Program-made: the position numbers and the translations under genes
Notes under the pieces: model-generated
Told to the model about the DNA's origin: nothing
Database searches by the model: none
What the model saw: only the letters and a program-made list of their open reading frames with translations
Shown here: positions 1-9,564 of the stretch, in pieces
Position numbering within the stretch: position 1 is the stretch's first letter
How the letters are laid out: the number at the start of each line of letters is the position of its first letter
DNA from: Saprospiraceae bacterium
Lineage (GTDB): Bacteria > Bacteroidota > Bacteroidia > Chitinophagales > Saprospiraceae
DNA: 64,000 nt
Assembly: GCA_013001975.1 (NCBI GenBank)
Contig: JABDKX010000215.1
Location: forward strand, 12,038-76,037
Direction of reading: 5' to 3'

Positions 1-1
1 T

Positions 2-2251
2 GGTGTTAATAATGGAATGGCGAGTGTTACGGCAACTGGCGGATCAGGCGGATATACTTATGCTTGGTCAAATGGTCAATCAACTGCAACTATAACTGGA
101 TTACTTTCAGGAGTATATAATGTAGTTGTAACAGATAGTAATGGTTGCTCTACTAGTTGTACTGTAACTGTAGGTGAAATTCTTCCTACTACTTGTCAAA
201 CTGTTTCTACTAATACGACTTGTGGAGAATCTAACGGTACAGCAACTGTAATTGCAAACGGTGGAATTGGAAACTATACTTACTTATGGAGTAATGGCGC
301 AACAACATCTGATATCTCTAATCTTCAAGCAGGTACTTATCAAGTAACTGTGACAGATGGAAATGGGTGTTCTAGTGAATGTGAGGCAACTGTCTTAAAT
401 TCTGGCGGCGGTCCTGTATGTAATGTAACTGGAGTTGATGCAACTTGTGGCGATCCAAACGGTATGGTCATGGTTAGCATTACTCAGGGTCAAGCACCAT
501 TTACATACTTATGGAGTACAGGTGGAACAGGAACAGAAATCTCAGGCTTACTCGGTGGCGAATACAGCGTAACTGTAACCGATGCTACGGGATGTTCTTC
601 AGTTTGCAGTACAACAATTGAGTCCTTAGGAGGACCTTCTGTAACTGTGGTGACTGAAAATGCTAACTGTGGTCTGTCAGATGGAACGGCAACAGCTAAT
701 GCATTTGGTGGAAATGGTCTTTATACTTACTTATGGAGTAATGGTGGAACGACACCAACAATTTATGGTCTTGCTCCAGGAACTTATTCTGTGACTGTAA
801 CAGATCAAAAAGGTTGTGTAGTAATGGCTTCTGGTTCACTTGAGAATTCTCAAGCTAATTGTAACGCAGAAGTTGGAAACTTTGTTTGGAATGATGCTGA
901 TGGTGATGGAATTCAAGATGCTACTGAATCTCCAATTGAAGGTGCAACAGTTACACTTTATGATGCTAATACCGGAAATCTGGTTAATCAATTAATAACT
1001 AACTCAGATGGTGAATACTGTTTCACTGGATTGATTCCAGGTGATTACTATATTGAATTAACATCATTGCCAATTTCATTGACTAATTATGTTGCAACAA
1101 TGCATAATCCTAATTTAATTGGAATCAATAGTGATATTACAGGCGATAATGGACATTGGACTACAAGTACGTTCTCAGTTATACTTGGAGAAGTAAACAA
1201 GAGTATTGACCTCGGTGTTTATCTGGGAGCAACAATTGGTAACCAAGTATTCTGTGATAATCCACTTGAAGGATTACCTAACTTATTCGATATTGCAGAT
1301 ACACCATTTGCAGGTGTAACAGTATCATTATTTAGTTTCGATACGAATACAGGCGTGGCGACCTTTGTTGATTCTCATGTTACTGATGATACAGGTATAT
1401 ATCTATTTGAAGGATTGCCAGCAGGTATTTATTATATTGAAGCAGATGTAATGGCAATGGATAAAGAATTTGTTACAGCCAATGCAAGTTATTTTGATTC
1501 ATCAATCGATGATTATGTACAAGATGATAATATTGATAGTGACATTACATTCTTAGTATTATCTGAGCAAATGGCTAGTGGTGAAACGCACAGTGTAGGT
1601 AGAACTAATTATATTCCTGTCCAAGCTGGAGATGAAAACCTTACAATTGATATTGGATTGGGCGAGACAACAGTTCCAATTGAGTTGTTTGACTTCACAG
1701 GAGTATGGAACGATGACGAACAGCAGACTGAATTGCAGTGGGTTACTGCCACAGAAATAAATACCGACTTCTTTGGTGTTGAAAGAACGAGAGATCTTTC
1801 TGAAGACTTCACAGAAATAGGAACAGTCGATGCTGCAGGAAACAGTGTAGATATCTTATACTACGGATTTAATGACACTGATATTTTTGAATCAGGAACT
1901 TATTACTACAGATTAAGAATTGTAGATCTTGATGGATCTTACGAATATTCTAAAATTGTAGCTGTAAAAGTTATTTATGATGAAAGAGATCAGAAAATCT
2001 CACTCGCAGTTTATCCGAATCCAGTGATTGAAGAAATTACTATAGATGTAACTGTCGAAAGAGAAGCAGCATTCGAAGGTGGAATCTATGACGCGATTGG
2101 ACAATTGATACAGAAAGTAAATATTGCTGTTGTAAAAGCAGGTAGAAATGCGATCAGCATCGATATTAACGACCTACCAGTTGGTACTTATGTACTGAGA
2201 GTAATGGTCGATGATAAAGTACTAATTGAAAAAATTAGTAAAACTGAATAA
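2..2251 (+). CDS. T9SS-secreted adhesin-like protein, 5' end cut by the window edge: 4 SprB-type repeats, 2 SdrD-B/Cna-B-like domains, a pre-CTD Ig/Fn3-like module and a type A C-terminal sorting domain
   Basis: The frame is open from nt 2 with no stop before the Met at 17, and the first residues lie in the middle of a repeat. The pattern CG-x-NG-x-A...GG-x-x-YTY-x-WSNG recurs about every 75-80 aa. B-domain motifs are VGNFVWNDADGDGIQD...TNSDGEYCFTGL and IGNQVFCD...TDDTGIYLFEGL. The C-terminus LAVYPNPV...LPVGTYVLRV looks like a Por secretion tail. Confidence 0.8.
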   Translation, partial: GVNNGMASVTATGGSGGYTYAWSNGQSTATITGLLSGVYNVVVTDSNGCSTSCTVTVGEILPTTCQTVSTNTTCGESNGTATVIANGGIGNYTYLWSNGATTSDISNLQAGTYQVTVTDGNGCSSECEATVLNSGGGPVCNVTGVDATCGDPNGMVMVSITQGQAPFTYLWSTGGTGTEISGLLGGEYSVTVTDATGCSSVCSTTIESLGGPSVTVVTENANCGLSDGTATANAFGGNGLYTYLWSNGGTTPTIYGLAPGTYSVTVTDQKGCVVMASGSLENSQANCNAEVGNFVWNDADGDGIQDATESPIEGATVTLYDANTGNLVNQLITNSDGEYCFTGLIPGDYYIELTSLPISLTNYVATMHNPNLIGINSDITGDNGHWTTSTFSVILGEVNKSIDLGVYLGATIGNQVFCDNPLEGLPNLFDIADTPFAGVTVSLFSFDTNTGVATFVDSHVTDDTGIYLFEGLPAGIYYIEADVMAMDKEFVTANASYFDSSIDDYVQDDNIDSDITFLVLSEQMASGETHSVGRTNYIPVQAGDENLTIDIGLGETTVPIELFDFTGVWNDDEQQTELQWVTATEINTDFFGVERTRDLSEDFTEIGTVDAAGNSVDILYYGFNDTDIFESGTYYYRLRIVDLDGSYEYSKIVAVKVIYDERDQKISLAVYPNPVIEEITIDVTVEREAAFEGGIYDAIGQLIQKVNIAVVKAGRNAISIDINDLPVGTYVLRVMVDDKVLIEKISKTE

Positions 2252-2287
2252 TTAAGAAAATAAAGATTTTCTAAATTGGTATCTCAA

Positions 2288-2315
2288 GGAGCCTTCACTC
2301 GAAGGCTCCTTTTTT
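2288..2315 (+). terminator. Rho-independent terminator after the adhesin gene
   Basis: Perfect 9-bp stem GGAGCCTTC / GAAGGCTCC with a 4-nt loop ACTC, followed by a T-run, in the gap between convergent genes. Confidence 0.8.
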
Positions 2316-2344
2316 AATTTATAATATTGGTTTTGAATTAAGCC

Positions 2345-4459
2345 TTAAGAAATTCTTCCCCAATCCCTTTTACCAGAATTCAAAATAGACAAACGGCCTT
2401 TTAATATTTTATTTTTTTCATGCTCAAGCAGTGGATCATTATCAAGAATGTTTTCTACTATGTGCCTTCCGGTTTGTAATAATGTTTGATCTAAAACAAC
2501 ATTGAAAAGATTAAATTCCTTTACGCCACTTTGTCGTGTGCCTTCAATGTCGCCAGGCCCTCTTAATTTAAGATCAGCTTCAGCAATCTTAAAACCGTCA
2601 TTTGTTGAAACCATTGTATTAATCCTAGTCTTTGCTTCTCTGCTGAGCTTATATCCTGACATTAAAATACAATAAGATTGCTCTGCTCCTCTTCCAACTC
2701 GACCTCTTAATTGATGTAATTGAGAAAGACCAAAACGTTCCGTGTTTTCAATGGCCATAACTGATGCATTTGGAACATTAACGCCAACTTCAATTACAGT
2801 AGTTGCTACCATGATTTGTGTTATCCCTTTTACAAATCGCTGCATCTCCATCTCTTTGTCCTGAGGTTTCATTCTGCCATGAACCACACTTATTTTAAAT
2901 TCAGGAGGTGGAAAATAATTCAGTAGCCTTTCATAACCTTCTTGCAAATTTGCTAAGTCTAATTTTTCAGATTCGTCGATAAGCGGATAAACAATGTAAA
3001 TTTGCCTGCCTTTTTTTATTTCATCATGAAAAAATGCTATCACTTGTGGTCTGTTTCGCTCTGTCTTATGGATCGTTTTGATTTCTTTCCGACCGGGTGG
3101 AAGCTCGTCAATAACCGAAACATCCAAATCTCCATAAACAGTCATTGCTAACGTTCTTGGAATAGGCGTAGCAGTCATGACTAATATATGCGGAGGCTTA
3201 TTATCTTTTGCCTTCAACCAAAGCTTAGATCTTTGCATGACACCAAATCTATGTTGCTCGTCAATAATTGATAATCCCAAATTATGAAATTTGACAGGAT
3301 CTTCTAAAACGGCATGTGTACCAATTAATATGTGAATGTTGCCAAGTTCTAAATGATGAAGTAACTCTTTTCGTGTTTTTCCTTTTACACTTCCTGAAAG
3401 AAATGCCACCCTAATTCCCAATCCTTTAACGGATTCAACTATAGACTGAAAATGCTGTTGTGCTAATATCTCTGTAGGCGCCATTAAAACAGATTGAAAC
3501 CCATTATCTAAAGCGATCAACATAGATAACAAACCAACCATTGTTTTACCACTCCCTACATCTCCTTGAAGCAACCTGTTCATTTGAGTCTTTGATCCCA
3601 AGTCTGCTCTTATTTCTTTTATAACACGCTTCTGCGCACCTGTTAATTCAAAAGGAAGTTTTTCTTTGTAAAAGCGATTGAAGTATTTACCTACTTGGGC
3701 AAACTCATGGCCGTTAAATTTAAGTCTTCTCTTATGCTTGTTAAAAATCATTCTTAATTGAAAGAAAAATATTTCTTCAAACTTAATTCGGTTTTTTGCC
3801 TTTTCTAATAAATCAAATGAATTAGGAAAATGAATGTTTTTTATCGCCTCTAATTTTGGTATCAATTTTAATTGATTCAGAATGTATTCTGGTAGCGTTT
3901 CAGGTAAATCTTCTTCGTTTAAAGTTTTGATAAGTAATCGTAAAATTTTACATCTGGCTTTATTATCGAAACCAAGACGATTTAATTTTTCTGTATTGTG
4001 ATAAACAGGTTCAAAGGAAGTTTTAATAACTTTTCCTGAAGTTATTTTTTCAAGCTCCGGGTGAGCCATCGTAATTTTTCCTTTAAAATTACTAACCTTA
4101 CCATATGCAAGATATTCCGCATTTAAGTCAAGATATTTTTCAATGTAATTGACACCTTTAAACCAGACTAATTCAATGAAACCAGACCCATCCTTAAGGG
4201 TTGCTGTAAGTCTGGCCTTTCTCTGACCTTTGACAATTTTTTTTGATATTATTCTCCCTTTAACTTGAACCGCATCGCTGGTTCCTAAATCTTTAATGTG
4301 GGTGATAACACTTTTGTCTACATATCTGAACGGAAAATGAAAAAGCAAATCATATGCAGTAAAAATGCTGAATTCCTTTTGTAACAAATCAGCTTTTAAA
4401 GGACCTATCCCTTTTAAATATGCTACTGATTTGTTTAGTTTGTCTGAATTCATTTGCAT
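2345..4459 (-). CDS. recG: ATP-dependent DNA helicase RecG
   Basis: Walker A GDVGSGKT, motif II IIDEQHRFG, an N-terminal wedge/OB region and full RecG length. The start was chosen at the internal Met (MQMNSDKL); the 10-codon upstream extension in the ORF track is probably not translated. Confidence 0.9.
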   Translation of the reverse strand: MQMNSDKLNKSVAYLKGIGPLKADLLQKEFSIFTAYDLLFHFPFRYVDKSVITHIKDLGTSDAVQVKGRIISKKIVKGQRKARLTATLKDGSGFIELVWFKGVNYIEKYLDLNAEYLAYGKVSNFKGKITMAHPELEKITSGKVIKTSFEPVYHNTEKLNRLGFDNKARCKILRLLIKTLNEEDLPETLPEYILNQLKLIPKLEAIKNIHFPNSFDLLEKAKNRIKFEEIFFFQLRMIFNKHKRRLKFNGHEFAQVGKYFNRFYKEKLPFELTGAQKRVIKEIRADLGSKTQMNRLLQGDVGSGKTMVGLLSMLIALDNGFQSVLMAPTEILAQQHFQSIVESVKGLGIRVAFLSGSVKGKTRKELLHHLELGNIHILIGTHAVLEDPVKFHNLGLSIIDEQHRFGVMQRSKLWLKAKDNKPPHILVMTATPIPRTLAMTVYGDLDVSVIDELPPGRKEIKTIHKTERNRPQVIAFFHDEIKKGRQIYIVYPLIDESEKLDLANLQEGYERLLNYFPPPEFKISVVHGRMKPQDKEMEMQRFVKGITQIMVATTVIEVGVNVPNASVMAIENTERFGLSQLHQLRGRVGRGAEQSYCILMSGYKLSREAKTRINTMVSTNDGFKIAEADLKLRGPGDIEGTRQSGVKEFNLFNVVLDQTLLQTGRHIVENILDNDPLLEHEKNKILKGRLSILNSGKRDWGRIS

Positions 4460-4640
4460 AAAAAAAATCAAAATCCTTTTGCCAGTCAAATATTATGAGA
4501 CAAATATTAATAAAGAACATATATATTTTTTGCTAAAAAATTGAAATTCGTTCAACAAATTAAATAAATTACAATTTTTAGAACTTATTTGCAGGATAAT
4601 CGCTTAATTGATGAGGAAGCAAATTTAATTCTTATTTATA

Positions 4641-5018
4641 ATGACAGAATCAAAAAGACAAAGGCAAACGGCAGAAATAATACGAAGACATTTTGGTGTC
4701 GTATTACAACAAGAGGGTAGCTATATTTATGGACAGGCATTTGTAACTGTAACTAAAGTATATGTGACACCTGATATTAGCCAAGCCAAAATTTATTTAA
4801 GTGTCTATAATGTTGAAGATAAGCAAGTCATCATAGATAAGATATCAGCACATTCACACCACCTTAAAAAGAATTTAGCTTACCGAATAAAAAAGCATGT
4901 TCGAAGAATTCCTGAAATAGCATTTTACAATGATGAAACACTTGATGAGATGTACAAAGTAAATTCTCTACTAGATGAAGTACTAAAAAATGATGCAAAT
5001 ATTCGAGAACAAGAGTAA
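4641..5018 (+). CDS. rbfA: Ribosome-binding factor A
   Basis: 125 aa. The RbfA-like N-terminus RQRQTAEIIRRHFGVVLQQE and the segment VTVTKVYVTPDISQAKIYLSV are typical of the family. Confidence 0.85.
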   Translation: MTESKRQRQTAEIIRRHFGVVLQQEGSYIYGQAFVTVTKVYVTPDISQAKIYLSVYNVEDKQVIIDKISAHSHHLKKNLAYRIKKHVRRIPEIAFYNDETLDEMYKVNSLLDEVLKNDANIREQE

Positions 5019-5132
5019 AACACTCATTATTTTGAGGTAAAAAGGAGATATTCAGCTTTATGTATTAAAAAGTTAGTAATATGTTAGGGCTTTTCCTATT
5101 TTTGGCTTTTAATAAGCTTTAACTTAGTTTAT

Positions 5133-6401
5133 ATGCCAATCGATGTATTATTAGGTCTCCAATGGGGAGATGAAGGCAAGGGTAAGATTGTAGATTACCT
5201 AGCCAACAATTACGATATTATAGCAAGATTTCAAGGTGGTCCAAATGCAGGTCATACGATAGTAATTGGTGATCAAAAACACGTATTGCACACAATACCT
5301 TCAGGAGTCTTTAGATCTGAAGTTATAAATGTCATAGGAAATGGTGTCGTGATAGATCCTATTGTATTGGCAAGGGAATTAAATGAATTGCAAGCATTAG
5401 GTGTGGATACCAGTAATATTTATATTGCGAGAAAAGCGCATTTAATATTGCCAACGCACAGGTATCTTGATGCTGCTTCTGAAGCGTCAAAAGGCAAGCA
5501 AAAAATTGGTTCAACTTTAAGAGGGATTGGGCCAACCTATATGGATAAAACTGGTCGAAATGGATTACGAATAGGAGACCTTGAACATCCAAACTTTAAA
5601 TCAAAATATACAAGTTTAAAAGAAAAGCATTTACAGCTAGGCAAGATTTATGCTGACGTAGATTTTGATTTTGAAGCAGAAGAAAAACAATGGTTTGATT
5701 GCCTTGAAAAAGTAAAAGAATTGAAGTTTATTGATAATTCATATTTTATAAATAATGCATTGAAAGAAGGGAAAACCATCTTAGCTGAAGGGGCGCAAGG
5801 ATCAATGCTAGATATAGATTATGGAACCTATCCATTTGTGACTTCTTCAAATACATTAACAGCTGGAGTATGTGTCGGTTTGGGTGTTTCCCCAAAAACG
5901 ATTGGCAAAATATTTGGAATAACTAAATCATATTGTACTCGAGTTGGAAGCGGACCTTTTCCAACAGAATTAGATAATGAAGTAGGAGAGGAGCTTAGAA
6001 AAATCGGTAATGAATTTGGTGCAACGACAGGTCGTCCACGTCGAACAGGTTGGATTGATCTGCCACAATTAAAATATACCATTATGTTGAATGGTGTTGA
6101 TCATCTTTGCATTACCAAAATGGATTGTCTCAATACATTTGAAAATATCGAAATGGCAACCCATTATAATTATGATGGTAATAGAACACAGGAATTACCT
6201 TACGATCTGGCTTCTGATAAACTAAAACCTGAATACCAATCAATCCCAGGTTGGAATGAAGACATTTGTTCTATTAAAGATTATGCTTCGTTACCAGTTA
6301 AAGTAAAAGACTATGTTCAGTTTTTAGAAGATTATTTGGAAGTAAAAGTGACAATGTTAAGTACGGGTCCAGAAAGGGATAGCCTGATAATCAAAGATTA
6401 A
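5133..6401 (+). CDS. purA: Adenylosuccinate synthetase
   Basis: P-loop QWGDEGKGK at the N-terminus, GPTYMDK and TTGRPRR motifs, 422 aa. Confidence 0.95.
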   Translation: MPIDVLLGLQWGDEGKGKIVDYLANNYDIIARFQGGPNAGHTIVIGDQKHVLHTIPSGVFRSEVINVIGNGVVIDPIVLARELNELQALGVDTSNIYIARKAHLILPTHRYLDAASEASKGKQKIGSTLRGIGPTYMDKTGRNGLRIGDLEHPNFKSKYTSLKEKHLQLGKIYADVDFDFEAEEKQWFDCLEKVKELKFIDNSYFINNALKEGKTILAEGAQGSMLDIDYGTYPFVTSSNTLTAGVCVGLGVSPKTIGKIFGITKSYCTRVGSGPFPTELDNEVGEELRKIGNEFGATTGRPRRTGWIDLPQLKYTIMLNGVDHLCITKMDCLNTFENIEMATHYNYDGNRTQELPYDLASDKLKPEYQSIPGWNEDICSIKDYASLPVKVKDYVQFLEDYLEVKVTMLSTGPERDSLIIKD

Positions 6402-6402
6402 A

Positions 6403-7104
6403 TTATTTATGGGCAGTAATTCGGTATTGGTATTCTAAATTGGTATCGTCAGTTTCAATAAAAGAAAAACCTGCTTCATATAATTCTTCCTCTACAACAT
6501 GAAGATAAGCTCTATATTCATATAGAGGGGCTTCAATTGAATCAGGAATGCGCTTTGTTTTGAAATCAACAATAACCACTTTACCGCCTTCTTTTAAGTT
6601 TTTCCGTAAGTTTCTAAAGTAATCTAATCGATTTGAAATATAAGCGATTGTGTTTACAATCAGTGCGATATCGACTTCGTTGGGTTCTAATTTTGGATCA
6701 TTTTCTTGCGCCAATCTTGTGGATAATCTGTCTTGCTGGTTGGCAGGTAATGCTGATTTTATTTGATCTAATACCTTGACAGCTTCAGGATCAATATCAA
6801 TAGCAATAACATGTTTTGCTTTAGATTGTTTGATTAATTTAAAAACAAAATATCCTAGTTCTCCAGCTCCAATATCTGCAACGACCTTTCCTTCTAAATC
6901 TCCTAATTGACTGATTATAAATCCTGGTTTTTGCCAATTATTTCTCGGATCAATAGTGTCTTGTGGTTTTTCTTCTTCTTTCTTTTGAACATCTTCAGCA
7001 ACAACATTATCTTCATTTTCTAATTTAGGTTTATCGTTTTCATTGCATCCTGTATTGAGTATCATACAAGATAAAAATAAAAACAAGGTCAAAATTTTAC
7101 TCAT
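6403..7104 (-). CDS. Class I SAM-dependent methyltransferase-fold protein with a lipoprotein signal peptide
   Basis: N-terminus MSKILTLFLFLSCMILNTGC (hydrophobic core plus Cys lipobox), then an acidic/lysine-rich linker, then motif I VADIGAGELGYF and a Rossmann-like pattern (VIAIDID, ALIVNT). Confidence 0.7.
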   Translation of the reverse strand: MSKILTLFLFLSCMILNTGCNENDKPKLENEDNVVAEDVQKKEEEKPQDTIDPRNNWQKPGFIISQLGDLEGKVVADIGAGELGYFVFKLIKQSKAKHVIAIDIDPEAVKVLDQIKSALPANQQDRLSTRLAQENDPKLEPNEVDIALIVNTIAYISNRLDYFRNLRKNLKEGGKVVIVDFKTKRIPDSIEAPLYEYRAYLHVVEEELYEAGFSFIETDDTNLEYQYRITAHK

Positions 7105-7159
7105 AAATTAGAAATTGAAAAGTGAAAGTTAATAAAACTTTACGTGAATAATCTATAAT

Positions 7160-8608
7160 TTATATTTTTTGATATAAGTCAGAAATAAAAGCCTCTATTG
7201 CTTTACGCACCCTTCTTCCTTTTACTGAGAAGCCATTTACAATAATTGAAAAACTATACCATTTTTTTGAATTAGAATAAAAGTATCCTGAATAACTCTG
7301 TACCCCTTCCATACTGCCGCTCTTAAGCCAAATCCGACCTTTAATGTTTTTATTTTTAAACATATGTTTTACTGTTCCTTGGTAACCTCCCTTTGGTAAT
7401 AGCAGTGTGGCTTCCTTTATGCTCATTTCATCAGCATATTTAGATAAAAAACTAGCCATTGCAAAGCTTGATATATTGTTGCGTGCAGATAGACCACTGC
7501 CATCGTGAATTATAATATTAGAGTTATTTATCCCATATGATTTAAGATGCTTTTTTACAACTGCTATTCCATTCTGACCACTTCCTTGACCCCTTTCTTT
7601 TAATCCCATAATCTTCAAATTTGATTCAGTAAAAAGATTATGACTTTCTAGGTTTGCTAATCTTGCAATAGACTTGAGGGGAGGTGATTTATAATTCCAA
7701 ATTATTTTATACTTTTTCTTATATGGTTTTACCAATACTTTTAAATCGTCAGATTGTATATTTTCACTTATCAGTTTTTGTCTTAATTTCTCCCCAAAAA
7801 ATTTAGGTGGATCAGGAATAGAACCTTTTATTTGAAAACCATTTTTGCCTTGAGGAATAGTGCCTACAATTCTTTTATCATAGTTGTAAGGACCTCCAAA
7901 AATATAGGCTTGATCTCCTGTATGACTGCTATCGATGCTTATTTCATTCGATAATTTTAAATTATTTATTGATGGTTTAACATAATTTATTTTTGGGACA
8001 GATCCAATGGGACCATTATTGTTAAATCCAATGGCATATAAATTCTCGTTAATATTGAATCCCCAAGCTCCTGTTGCATAATAATTTCCTAAATCATTCC
8101 ACTGCCAAGTTGGAGCAACAGGGTAGCTGTCAAAAATTGATTCATCAATAATTAAATTACCTTTTATACAATTAATTCCTACTGAAAGAATTTTATTACA
8201 AACAAGTTCTAAAAATTGATCCATAGAATAGGTTCCTTTAATTTTTTTTGAACCAAGACTGGGATCTCCACCACCAACAATAATGATATCACCTTCAAGC
8301 GTACCGTCAGCTCTTATCTTGCCAGAATAAGCTACTGTAGTTTCATATGTGAAGTTAGGACCAAGAACTTGTAAAGCGATTAAGTTAATGAAGAGTTTCA
8401 AAGATGATGCAGGGACTAAATTCTTTTGTGATCTATAAGCAATTATTTCTTCTTGAGATGAAATATCAATAACGGATACACTTGCATTTGAAGAAGTAAA
8501 TATACCTTTGTTAAAATACCGTTCAATTGAAGCATTAATTTTACCTAAATCTTGGCTAATGAGATTTACAGTAAAAAATAATAAAATAATTAATTTATAA
8601 TGTTTCAC
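7160..8608 (-). CDS. dacB: D-alanyl-D-alanine carboxypeptidase/endopeptidase, PBP4 (peptidase S13) family
   Basis: Signal peptide, SxxK motif (PASSLKLF), DGSGLS and KSG (LKSGSMEGV) motifs, 482 aa. The GTG start overlaps the upstream gene by 14 nt. Confidence 0.85.
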   Translation of the reverse strand: MKHYKLIILLFFTVNLISQDLGKINASIERYFNKGIFTSSNASVSVIDISSQEEIIAYRSQKNLVPASSLKLFINLIALQVLGPNFTYETTVAYSGKIRADGTLEGDIIIVGGGDPSLGSKKIKGTYSMDQFLELVCNKILSVGINCIKGNLIIDESIFDSYPVAPTWQWNDLGNYYATGAWGFNINENLYAIGFNNNGPIGSVPKINYVKPSINNLKLSNEISIDSSHTGDQAYIFGGPYNYDKRIVGTIPQGKNGFQIKGSIPDPPKFFGEKLRQKLISENIQSDDLKVLVKPYKKKYKIIWNYKSPPLKSIARLANLESHNLFTESNLKIMGLKERGQGSGQNGIAVVKKHLKSYGINNSNIIIHDGSGLSARNNISSFAMASFLSKYADEMSIKEATLLLPKGGYQGTVKHMFKNKNIKGRIWLKSGSMEGVQSYSGYFYSNSKKWYSFSIIVNGFSVKGRRVRKAIEAFISDLYQKI

Positions 8609-9563
8609 TTTCGTAACCTATATGAAAAAGGGCATCACCTTGATTAACAACAGATGCATTGTTGTGACCAATAATAAATCCAGTTTTATGGCTTATTACG
8701 CTAATTGATTTTTGGCCATTCGGATCATTAATAGTTCCCAGTTTGTCTCCTCTACTAACAGATTCCCCAGACTGTTTTGTCCAAATAAATATACCAGAAT
8801 AGGAAGCACGAAGCCAGGATGTTTTTTTAATAAGTACTTTTTCTTTTTTCTTATTCAACTTTCTAAATGATGCAGGTAAAATGCCTAGAAAGCCTAAACA
8901 ATTTTTAAGTCCTCTCAAGCCATTATCGATTGCAAGACTGCTTAACCTTACAGATTCTCCACCTTCATATACTAAAGTTGGTATAGATAGATCTTTGGCT
9001 GTCCTTCTTAATGATTTAGGAATTGTTCCGCCTTGAATTAAAAGAGGCGCATCAAATTTAATGGCCAACTCAGCAGCAACTTTGTCAAATTTGCTGTATC
9101 TGATTTGAGGGTAATTAAATCTAGAATCTCCTCCAGTATGAAAATCGAAAATATAATCTACATTCGGTAATATATATTTCGTAACGGTTCTTGCAATTCT
9201 CGATGCCAAAGAGCCATTCATAGTGCCAGGAAAACTTCTGTTTACATCCTTACCATCTGGGACATACCTGTTAAAATTTATAAAGCCATACACATTTAAA
9301 AGTGGAATAACAATTACACTCCCTGATTTTAAATTATCTAATGTATCGCCATTTAAAAAACGTCTGACAATTTCAATGCCATTTATTTCGTCACCATGAA
9401 CGCCACCTAAGATTAAAGTTGTAGGTCCTTCTACCTTACTTCTAAATACATGAGCGAATATGGTTATTTTAGTATCTGAAGGTAAACGTCCTACATTTAA
9501 TTTTACAACACCACTTTCTCCTGGTTTAAAAACTTCTTTATCTATTACAATATCTTTAGCCAT
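8595..9563 (-). CDS. Succinylglutamate desuccinylase/aspartoacylase (AstE/AspA) family zinc deacylase, M14-like
   Basis: Zinc-ligand motif GGVHGDEINGIE and a second His in DFHTGG. The start was chosen at MAKDIV (9563), which leaves 1 nt after the rimK stop. The longer ORF-track start would overlap rimK by 50 nt. Confidence 0.8.
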   Translation of the reverse strand: MAKDIVIDKEVFKPGESGVVKLNVGRLPSDTKITIFAHVFRSKVEGPTTLILGGVHGDEINGIEIVRRFLNGDTLDNLKSGSVIVIPLLNVYGFINFNRYVPDGKDVNRSFPGTMNGSLASRIARTVTKYILPNVDYIFDFHTGGDSRFNYPQIRYSKFDKVAAELAIKFDAPLLIQGGTIPKSLRRTAKDLSIPTLVYEGGESVRLSSLAIDNGLRGLKNCLGFLGILPASFRKLNKKKEKVLIKKTSWLRASYSGIFIWTKQSGESVSRGDKLGTINDPNGQKSISVISHKTGFIIGHNNASVVNQGDALFHIGYESETL

Positions 9564-9564
9564 T

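Noticed and set aside
5019-5132. Possible riboswitch or leader upstream of purA, and likewise upstream of glyA at 35125..35221.
   Set aside because: The leaders are short (about 100 nt). I could not recognise any purine, ZTP or THF riboswitch core motif. The glyA leader is mostly occupied by the upstream terminator.
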